A stretch of 64,000 bases of DNA from a virus (Duplodnaviria; Caudoviricetes). Where the stretch lies: positions 64,001 through 128,000 of IMG/VR virus record IMGVR_UViG_2840842423_000001, one strand, 5' to 3'. Positions 54,521 to 62,637 of this stretch are shown here, piece after piece. The notes below the pieces were generated by a model. It was not told the origin of the DNA. It was given only the letters and a program-made list of their open reading frames with translations, and did no database searches. The position numbers and the translations under genes were made by a program. How positions within the stretch are numbered: position 1 is the stretch's first letter; every line of letters begins with the position of its first letter.

Positions 54521-55116
54521 ATGGAAATACTAACACAAACAGAACACACATTTCAATTTTATTTCATCATATTATTATCAATACTCTCTATTCTATTTCT
54601 TCTATTCTTAGGAATAGGCACACTAGTTGAGATGATATCAAAAAGAAAATTTACTCCTTTAGGCATCTTTGGAGTAACATTCGCATTGTGTTTAACAGCA
54701 ATAATAGTATTTGGTGTAGTCATGCACATAGATCGTGGTGCAGAAGTTACATACAAAGCTACAGTGGATGATTTTAACGAAGTCTATGAGAGTGGATATA
54801 AGGTTATAGGTCAAGAAGATAAGATTTACTTGTTGAAGAAAATAGATTGAAAGGAGGAAGTTAAGTGAAAGCAATATTAAAACATAGTTTTTCAGCAATA
54901 TTTATCTATGGTGGCAATCATTTGCCATCTGGATTACCTGATAGTCTCGATGAAGTAGATTCTCAAGACATTTATGAGTTTAAAAAGGGTGATGAGGTAG
55001 ATGTAATCAAGGTTGTAAATAATCCTATTTATGATAGCGGCAAAGGATATGTAATTATGAATCAACGGAGTGAAACGGTTACTGTAGATGAGTTGTTCTT
55101 GGAGATCAATCAATAA
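54521..55116 (+). CDS. Two-TM membrane protein (54521-54850) and hypothetical protein (54865-55116)
   Basis: ORFs with AAGGAGG RBS. Confidence 0.65.
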
Positions 55117-55143
55117 ATTATAGTTTAAACAGGAGGATTTCAA

Positions 55144-55500
55144 ATGAAAGAATTAAAACATGATTTGTTAACCAGTAAGTACACGAAAGTTTACCATGAA
55201 GAAGATTTTCAATTTAATGCGCCGCATCACTTTGATGTTGTATCAAGCGAAGATGAGACCAATCTACTGGCAGGAATTAACTTCCAAGAAGGTGTAATCA
55301 AAGAACACGGTGTAAATGGTGTTATGAATGAAGATTTGATTGCTGTGATTATTACACGATTAGAACATTTTAATCAATCTGATTTTCGCTGTAGAGAAAA
55401 CTCAATGGCGATTACCAAATTGGAAGAAGCGTTGCTATGGTTGCGGAAGAGAACAATGGGTAGAGAGCAGCGTGGAGTTGAAGGAAAACATGTCAAATAA
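55144..55500 (+). CDS. tad1: Tad1-family anti-Thoeris/anti-CBASS nucleotide sponge
   Basis: APHH..INFQEG..E.GVNGV..EDL....RL..F....F.CREN..AIT.LEEAL.W...R...R..RGVEG matches the Tad1 pattern. Confidence 0.8.
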   Translation: MKELKHDLLTSKYTKVYHEEDFQFNAPHHFDVVSSEDETNLLAGINFQEGVIKEHGVNGVMNEDLIAVIITRLEHFNQSDFRCRENSMAITKLEEALLWLRKRTMGREQRGVEGKHVK

Positions 55501-55505
55501 GGAGT

Positions 55506-55977
55506 GTGAATAATTTGGTAAACGAAAAAACATGGAAAGACTTTAGAGATTCAGGGTTACTGTGGTTTATCAATCAAACATTACATTTGTTCGGTTGGGC
55601 TTTAGTTGCAGAAATAGAAGAAGATGAGATTAAAAGAGTTTATCCAGCTAGAGTTAAGTTTAGAGGGTTTGATGAAGATACGAATAGCAATGGTTATGTT
55701 AAGTTATCAGAATATCTCAAGAATAATATTGATGATTTACATAAAGAATCTAAAGAATAAATTACAATAAAAGTTAAATTTTATTGGAAATTAAAAGGAG
55801 AATACACAAATGAATATTTGGTTTTTAGTTTTGATCGGATTATTTTTATTAAGCTTAGGGATAACATTGGCTAAACATGGTGAACAAAAACGAGAGGTAC
55901 ACAATTTTTGGGTGGTATTGATTAGTGGTTTAATACAGGTTTGGCTAATCTATATGGCAGTTTCAGTAGGGTTTTAA
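55506..55977 (+). CDS. Conserved phage protein (W.DFRDSGLLWFINQ.LH.FGWA; 55506-55760) and small two-TM protein (55810-55977)
   Basis: ORFs with RBS. Confidence 0.65.
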
Positions 55978-56026
55978 CTAGTCGAAGAGGAGGACAGTAT
56001 GACAGAAACAAATGAGGTGAATTACA

Positions 56027-56581
56027 ATCGCAAAAACAGATACAACTCTTAAACTTGAAAGAAGTGTATGGAATGCAACAAATAAGATGGGAACGTTTGG
56101 TTGTTTTGAAGTGACTATCGGATTTGGCAGTGGCAAGGAGCGTGTCGATTATATTACATATGATACAAAAGGCGTATGGAAATGTTATGAAATTAAAGTT
56201 TCCAAGTCAGATTTCTACAGTAAAGCAGCAAAGACATTTGTAGGTCATTATAATTATTATGTTCTGACAAACGAATTATATAAACTAGTAAAAGATGATA
56301 TACCAAACCATATAGGTGTATATGTAGGAGAGCAAAGTGTAAAACGTGCAAAGAAACAAGAGTTGGCTGTAGATGAGCAAATACTGAAGGATTCAATGAT
56401 TCGATCTCTTGCAAGAGAGTTTCAGAAGCAATATAGGAGTGGCAATCCGAATGTGGTTGAAAGCTTAGAGAGACAGCTAAGAAATGCGCGAGAGGAAGCA
56501 AGAGGAGACAGGAAAAGATTGCAAGAGTTAATGAATTTTGGTAGAGATAAATACGGTAGGAATTGGTATATGGATGAATAG
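56027..56581 (+). CDS. PD-(D/E)XK (MmcB-like) nuclease
   Basis: FEVTIG..ERVD....YEIKVSKSDF; frame open upstream to ATC 56027 behind GAGGTGA. Confidence 0.7.
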   Translation: MAKTDTTLKLERSVWNATNKMGTFGCFEVTIGFGSGKERVDYITYDTKGVWKCYEIKVSKSDFYSKAAKTFVGHYNYYVLTNELYKLVKDDIPNHIGVYVGEQSVKRAKKQELAVDEQILKDSMIRSLAREFQKQYRSGNPNVVESLERQLRNAREEARGDRKRLQELMNFGRDKYGRNWYMDE

Positions 56582-56596
56582 AAAGGAGAATTACAT

Positions 56597-57791
56597 ATGA
56601 AAGTTTTAGCAACGGCATCACTTAGATATTGGGACGGAGAAGCTATATCGACTGCACCCGAAAGATTAGAAATAATTGTTAAGTTTAAAGAAAAAGGGAA
56701 GTTGTTTAAGACTAAATTAGGTGAAACCTTAGTTACAACAAGAGACAGTATATTTTCAGACATTAGTATGACATATGACGAATTTCTAGATGAAATGAAT
56801 CATGTTGTTAGTGATAAAGAAATTATTGAGGAAAGGGCAGAAACTATGATTAAAGAATACTTTAAGTATGAGGCAAGGCATGTAGCCGCAAATGTTAAGA
56901 AACAGGGCATCCTCGATAAAGTTGACAAATTAAACGATATTAAAGTAAAAGTGAAAATTGATTAACAGATAGATACATAATAGGAGGAATACAAATGGAA
57001 AATAAAACATTAAAAGAAAAGTTTATCGAAGAGATGAAAGTAGCAAGTATACCCAAATTGATTACAGTTGCAGTAAAATTGCCTAGTGGAGCTATTGAGA
57101 CGATTACAAATACAGAAGATACTGTAACTAAGGCTTTATATTATACAGATAAATATGATGAAGAATTTAGATTGAAACATAACACAGATGTACAAATAGT
57201 TGGATATATGATCGTATAGAGGGAGGGTAAATAAACTATGACAGTAAAAGAATTGGTCACCGAGTTGTTGGAATACGACATGGGAGCAAATGTTGAGATT
57301 AAAGCCAAGTTTAATGATGATGAAGAAATGACTGACTTTAAAGTTGAAAAACCATTGTACAATGACGTAGTTGAGCTGTTTGTAGATTTGAGTGACTATG
57401 AGATGATCACAAAGGAAGACTTGGAGGATTTAGTGAAGGAAACGGATGAATACAATGAGTTGAAATCTCATATGTAGTTGACTATAGATGATAAATATTA
57501 TATAATGTATATGAGAGGAGAATGATAATGGAATTTTTATACGTTTATGGCGATGAGTGCGCAGCAATGGATTTTAAAGAACATTTTGATGTGAGCTCAA
57601 TTGTCAAACAATTAAGAGCAAGCACTGATAAGCGAATCACATTGGAAGATAGCAATGAAAACGAGTATACATTTAAGTTGTTGGAATTTGGAGATGTTGA
57701 TCCCAAGTTTGTTAATTTTGTTAGAAATGAAATGATTGATTATGACCATGCAAAACAAAAAGACTTCTTTGAGATTGTGGAAGGTGGATAA
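56597..57791 (+). CDS. Small hypothetical genes (56597-56965, 56995-57219, 57238-57477, 57522-57791)
   Basis: Co-oriented ORFs with strong RBS. Confidence 0.7.
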
Positions 57792-57793
57792 AT

Positions 57794-58155
57794 ATGCAAT
57801 GTCCTATCTGTGATAAGAAACTGCAACCGGAACATGAAGATTATATGATAACATCTTACTGGAAGAAAGCTATAAATGTGAGGATAAATACCATAGTTAT
57901 AGCTATTTGTATGTAACTGGAGCTACATTAGAAACCATAGATGATGTGAAATTCCATCACAGTTATACGTATGATGAGGAAAGAGATGTAAGGTTAATAA
58001 AGCAATATAACGCTGTAGTTAAAGTGACTAGAGAGATGTATTGGATGAATACTGATAGGATTGCTAGTGAGTTAGAACAGAGTTGGATTGGAAGTAAATT
58101 ACATGAAGTATTGAACAAATTGGAAAAGTGGTTGGGTAAGTATAAAAATAAATAG
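57794..58155 (+). pseudogene. CPxC zinc-ribbon protein with a 1-nt frameshift (or sequencing error)
   Basis: MQCPICDKKLQPEHEDY(M) joins DNILLEESYKCEDKYHSYSYLYVTG... if one base is added near 57845. Confidence 0.55.
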
Positions 58156-58180
58156 TATTATATTTAATAAGAAAGGTGGT

Positions 58181-58684
58181 TTGGAGATGGAAGAAAAACC
58201 ACAGACGAACAAGAAGGAAGCTAAGTGTGGAAGATGTAGTGAGAAGATACCAAAAGGTGAAGGGATAAAGCATAGTAGTAGATATTATCATGAGGATTGT
58301 TATAAGGAGTGGAGAGGTCAGGCTGATGATCGTACACAGTTGATTGAATTTATAATGACACTTCTAGACTTAAAGAAACCCACAGGCATGATACTGATGC
58401 AGATTAAAAGGTTTCAAGATGAATTTGGGTATACATATAAGGGGATGGAATTATCACTTAGATACTTCCATGAGATATTAGGAAATGAAGTACAGGAGAA
58501 TGGTGGAATAGGGATTATTCCATATATTTATGAGGACGCGACAAGACAGTATGTTCAGCAAATGAAGATCAATGAAGCTGCACAGAATGAGGATAACTAC
58601 AAGAATGAGGAGAGAGTGGTTTATATATCTCCTAAAGGACAACCAAAGAAAAACAACAAGTTAATCGACATAGATAGATTGTAG
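58181..58684 (+). CDS. SPbeta YorH-like protein with N-terminal CxxC..HxxC zinc finger (candidate helicase loader)
   Basis: KCGRC...YHEDC, YTYKGM..SL.YF, GIGIIPYIY; directly upstream of the helicase. Confidence 0.7.
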   Translation: MEMEEKPQTNKKEAKCGRCSEKIPKGEGIKHSSRYYHEDCYKEWRGQADDRTQLIEFIMTLLDLKKPTGMILMQIKRFQDEFGYTYKGMELSLRYFHEILGNEVQENGGIGIIPYIYEDATRQYVQQMKINEAAQNEDNYKNEERVVYISPKGQPKKNNKLIDIDRL

Positions 58685-58695
58685 GGAGTGGGAGA

Positions 58696-60243
58696 ATGGC
58701 GATTCAAGAGAAGAGCAGCACGATTCAGGTACTTGGGAGCTTAATAAAACAACCTGATTTATTATCGGAAACGAATGAATATAAGATTGAAGTAAACGAT
58801 TTTCCAGAGAAGTTTCATAGAATAATATTTGCAGCAATACATAATTTATACAACTCAGGAGATGTAGAGGTAATTGACTCAGTGGTGATTGATGGGTTCT
58901 TGAGTCAATATGATGTTCAGTATGAGATATTTAATCAGAATAAAGGATTGGAATACTTAGAAACAATACAGGAAATGGCTGAAGTTGAAAATTTTGATTA
59001 TTATTATGGTAGATTGAAAAAATTTTCACTTATTCGAGAGATGGATGGATTAGGGTTTGACATTAGCGAAGTCTATGATGAAACAATAATGAATCCTAGA
59101 GAAGCTGAAGAATTACAGAAGAAATTTGATAAGATGAGTATTGAGGATATTCTTGGAATATATGAAAATAAAATGGTTGAGATTAAGGACAAGTTTGAAA
59201 GTGATTCTGAGGCTCGTGGAATACAGGCAGGTGACGGTGTAGATGAATTACTTGATAGATTAAAAGGTTCTCCCAACGTTGGTTTGCCGCTGAACAGCCC
59301 AATGCTTACAGCAGCGGCATCTGGTGCAAGATTAAAAAAATTCTATATTAGGAGTGCTCCGACTGGTCATGGAAAGAGTCGTAATTTAATCGGAGATGCT
59401 TGCAAAATGTCAGCCAAAGGTTGGTATGATTCCAAGTTAGGTGAATGGGTGCAAAATCAATTTGATGTAAACAGTGTTGTTATTTCTACTGAAATGTTGT
59501 TTGAAGAACTACAAACTCCTGCTATTGCTTACATTGCAGATGTAGAAGAAGATAAAATATTACTAGATACAATGACCGAAGAAGAAGAAGAAAGAGTAAG
59601 ATATGCAGCTAATATTCTTAAATCATCAAATATTTTCTTTGAATTTTTACCAAACTTTGATGTTACAGATATTGAAAGAACCGTAGAGAAAAATATAATC
59701 AAAAATGGCGTGGAATATGTATTTTTCGACTATATTCACTCCAGCATTTCTATACTTTCGAGCTTTGCCAAGGATAGTGGAATTAATTTAAGAGAAGACC
59801 AAATATTGCTTCTTATGGCAGATAAATTGAAGCAAATCTGCAACAAATATTCAATTTTCCTAATGAGTGCTACACAATTGAATGGTGAGTGGAAAGAGGC
59901 TTGGCGAAAAGGGCAAGAGATTGACCAATCTTTCATCAGATCAAGTAAGGGTTTGATCGACAAAGTTGATCTCGCTGCAATAATGTTACCTTTGAGCAAT
60001 AAGGAAGAAAAAGAAATCGAAGAAATACTTTCACAAGGCTTTTATAAGAAAAAACCAAACTTTGTCACTCACATATTTAAGAATCGTGGAAACAAACATA
60101 CAAAATTAAAGATATTTTCATACATAAATATGGGCACGATGAGAATTGTGGATTTGTTTGCTTGCGATATAGAGAACACATTAATTCCTATGGACTTGCT
60201 AGAGATTAAAAATAAAGAAGTACAAGAAGTTGATACAGAATGA
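58696..60243 (+). CDS. yorI: Replicative DnaB-family helicase, SPbeta YorI-like
   Basis: DF....HRIIF.AI..L N-domain; SAPTGHGKS, ISTEM, FFDYIH, ATQLN, KNR. Confidence 0.88.
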   Translation: MAIQEKSSTIQVLGSLIKQPDLLSETNEYKIEVNDFPEKFHRIIFAAIHNLYNSGDVEVIDSVVIDGFLSQYDVQYEIFNQNKGLEYLETIQEMAEVENFDYYYGRLKKFSLIREMDGLGFDISEVYDETIMNPREAEELQKKFDKMSIEDILGIYENKMVEIKDKFESDSEARGIQAGDGVDELLDRLKGSPNVGLPLNSPMLTAAASGARLKKFYIRSAPTGHGKSRNLIGDACKMSAKGWYDSKLGEWVQNQFDVNSVVISTEMLFEELQTPAIAYIADVEEDKILLDTMTEEEEERVRYAANILKSSNIFFEFLPNFDVTDIERTVEKNIIKNGVEYVFFDYIHSSISILSSFAKDSGINLREDQILLLMADKLKQICNKYSIFLMSATQLNGEWKEAWRKGQEIDQSFIRSSKGLIDKVDLAAIMLPLSNKEEKEIEEILSQGFYKKKPNFVTHIFKNRGNKHTKLKIFSYINMGTMRIVDLFACDIENTLIPMDLLEIKNKEVQEVDTE

Positions 60244-61487
60244 CGCATGACAGACATGCAGTTTTAAGATTATCTTTTGAAGTGATAGAAGGATACTTTT
60301 CTGTGCTAGGGTTGACAATAGTTGACGATTTAAATAATTATAAAAATACTAAAACCAAATTTACTGCAATTGATAAAGATGGTTACAAAGTTTTCATGAC
60401 AGTGAATTCAGCAAAAAATTCAAAAGGTTATCGCAAATTTGATAAAAGCAATCCATATACTATAGACAATATTAAGCTTTGGTTGATACTAAATGATCCA
60501 GATTATGAGTTACTCTCTACAGAATATTGTGGAACTGATGAAAAATATACTTGGAGGATGATATCGAGACCTGATCTAGAACCATTTCGAACGACTTGGA
60601 CTGATTTTAAATCTGACGGGAATAGACATCCAGATTTGGGGCGGCAAAGGTCGGCAGACGGAAAAAGAAGAAAACCTGATCAGGTTAAAAGAGACATAGA
60701 CAAAAGGCTTGAAGAATCGTATCCCGATTGGCTTCTAGATGAAGGCGAGGAGTTTAAATATCGTACAGCCAAGAGCCCATATTTAAATTTTACACATAAG
60801 TTGGGATATAAGTCACAAACAACATATGCTCAAGTACACTCAGAAGTCCTAAGAACGTTAGTTTTATTTCATCCAAGCTACCCGGAGACTTCAATACATA
60901 ATATGGAGCTATGGACACACCTAAACTCTAAGTACGAAATGGTTAAGGGGCAAGAATATACAGAGTACAGAGGAAAATACAAGTTTATCTGTGACATTCA
61001 CAATGAGTTCACCAACAACTTTAGCACAGTGTATTCATATAACACGGGTTGTCAAGACTGTATCTCTGAAGCTCATTATGGGGAAGGTAACCCAAATTGG
61101 AAGCCATTTATCACGGACGAAGAAAGAGAGAATAGACACACTAGAGAAATGTATGTTGATGGATATGCAAGATGGCGAACAGACTCTTTGAAGCGAGATG
61201 CTTACTCTTGTCAAATTTGTGGGCACACAGAAGAACTAGTTGTACATCACAAAGATGGTTTTCATTGGAACGTAGATCGAAGAGCAGACCTATCCAATTC
61301 AGTGACCTTATGTTCTACTTGTCATGATGATTTTCACACCCAATACGGTTATTTTTATAATACAGAGGAACAGTTCAACGAATATTTTACCGACATGCAA
61401 AAGATAATCGAAGACGTTATAAAAGATGCAAAAGAGTATCACCAAAGAAAAGATAATAAATACCATACAGAATTACATAAAGAATAG
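60240..61487 (+). CDS. HNH homing endonuclease between helicase and primase
   Basis: Repeated Y.....K..F modules, C..H...GC..C, GEGNPNWK, C-terminal CQICG..VHH...NSVTLC..CH..FH. Confidence 0.85.
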   Translation: MTHDRHAVLRLSFEVIEGYFSVLGLTIVDDLNNYKNTKTKFTAIDKDGYKVFMTVNSAKNSKGYRKFDKSNPYTIDNIKLWLILNDPDYELLSTEYCGTDEKYTWRMISRPDLEPFRTTWTDFKSDGNRHPDLGRQRSADGKRRKPDQVKRDIDKRLEESYPDWLLDEGEEFKYRTAKSPYLNFTHKLGYKSQTTYAQVHSEVLRTLVLFHPSYPETSIHNMELWTHLNSKYEMVKGQEYTEYRGKYKFICDIHNEFTNNFSTVYSYNTGCQDCISEAHYGEGNPNWKPFITDEERENRHTREMYVDGYARWRTDSLKRDAYSCQICGHTEELVVHHKDGFHWNVDRRADLSNSVTLCSTCHDDFHTQYGYFYNTEEQFNEYFTDMQKIIEDVIKDAKEYHQRKDNKYHTELHKE

Positions 61488-61503
61488 TGGTGATTAATCC
61501 TGT

Positions 61504-62637
61504 ATGAGTAGACTAGACAAAGACAAAATAAAAGAATCGCTCACATTATCCGACATAAACTTAATCCTATCTGACTTAGGTTCTTCTTCTCCTAGACAAG
61601 ATAGCCAAGGCAATCCAATATACAGTACGGTGTGTCATCATGGAAATAGCAGTGATCATAAACATAAATTATATTATTATCCTTCTTCGTATAATTTTCA
61701 TTGCTATTCCAATTGTGCAAGCATGGACATATATGAGGTAATTATTCAAGCTAAAGAACAACAAGGATACACCTTTAGCTTCTACGAGTCTATCAAATAC
61801 GTAACAGAATTAACTCATAAAAGTTTTACAATGAACGATAGCAGTAAAGGCAAACAATCAGATAAAATTTCAGACTGGAATTGGCTTAATCGCTTCAAAC
61901 CTAAGAAAAAAATGACAACTCAACTACCATCATTCAACGAGAATGTACTGGATGTATTCTTACCTTATCTCAACAATTGGATCGGCGAAGGAATTACACC
62001 GAAAACTGCAAATCTATTCAATGTGCGCTACTACTTCAAGGAAGAACAAATAATTCTTCCACACTATGATATCAATAGTAGATTAATCGGCATTCGTTCC
62101 AGAAATACAGATGAACGTGCAGATTCAGGAGCAAAATATATTCCTACGATTGTGGAGAATACTCAATATAATCATGTATTATCTCATTCGCTTTATGGAA
62201 TTCATCTTACACAAGAAGCCGTAAAATCTAGTCGTAAATGTATGTTGGTGGAAGGCGAGAAAAGTGTATTAAAAGGAACAGAATTCTATGGAGAAGATAA
62301 TTTCACAGTTGCAGTATGTGGCAGCAACATAAGCACAGTTCAACGAGATTTAGTACTTTCTTTAAATGTTGAAGAAGTATTTATAGCATTTGACAAGTTT
62401 AGAGGGCAGAAAGATATGGAATCGGATGAAAAGTATGAAAAAGCATTGCTAGAGTATCAGAAGAAATTGGTGAGGTTAGCGCATATGTTTACTGCATTCG
62501 TGAGAGTGTACATTTTATATGATGATTATGGGGTGCTCAATCCCAAGGATTCACCACTGGATCAGTCAAAAGGCGCACTAGAACTTCTTATGATGAATAA
62601 AAATGAAATTACTACTAAGGAAGGAATGGTAACTTGA
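61504..62637 (+). CDS. yorJ: DNA primase (CHC2-like zinc finger + TOPRIM), SPbeta YorJ-like
   Basis: TVCHH..KLYYY..FHCYSNC; IILPH..GIRSR; LVEGEKS; IAFDK. Confidence 0.85.
   Translation: MSRLDKDKIKESLTLSDINLILSDLGSSSPRQDSQGNPIYSTVCHHGNSSDHKHKLYYYPSSYNFHCYSNCASMDIYEVIIQAKEQQGYTFSFYESIKYVTELTHKSFTMNDSSKGKQSDKISDWNWLNRFKPKKKMTTQLPSFNENVLDVFLPYLNNWIGEGITPKTANLFNVRYYFKEEQIILPHYDINSRLIGIRSRNTDERADSGAKYIPTIVENTQYNHVLSHSLYGIHLTQEAVKSSRKCMLVEGEKSVLKGTEFYGEDNFTVAVCGSNISTVQRDLVLSLNVEEVFIAFDKFRGQKDMESDEKYEKALLEYQKKLVRLAHMFTAFVRVYILYDDYGVLNPKDSPLDQSKGALELLMMNKNEITTKEGMVT

Larger units (their letters stand above)
9680..55784. repeat. Dispersed palindromic junction site family A, WTAAAA-N6-TTTTAW (~27 copies)
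   Basis: e.g. 13965 ATAAAA-TCACAG-TTTTAT, 25541 TTAAAA-CAATTA-TTTTAT, 28923 TTAAAA-TAATCA-TTTTAA, 29941 ATAAAA-GGCTCG-TTTTAT, 46698 ATAAAA-GATGGC-TTTTAT, 55767 ATAAAA-GTTAAA-TTTTAT; all at gene junctions. Confidence 0.72.
36914..57506 (+). promoter_or_regulatory. Class II repeated promoter TTGACW-ATA..AATATTA-TATAAT (AT box inside the spacer)
   Basis: -35 at 36914, 38569, 41555, 44245, 44795, 48618, 52957, 57478; all 17-bp spacers ending in AATATTA or a one-base variant. Confidence 0.85.

Noticed and set aside
53697-56581. Type II restriction-modification pair (MTase + PD-(D/E)XK nuclease)
   Set aside because: Separated by several unrelated genes; both are common solitary phage genes
10999-58155. 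Programmed frameshifting or phase variation at 11041 (G6), 27643 (T6) and ~57845
   Set aside because: Single-base slips in short runs of small accessory genes are more simply sequencing errors or decay; cannot be resolved without reads
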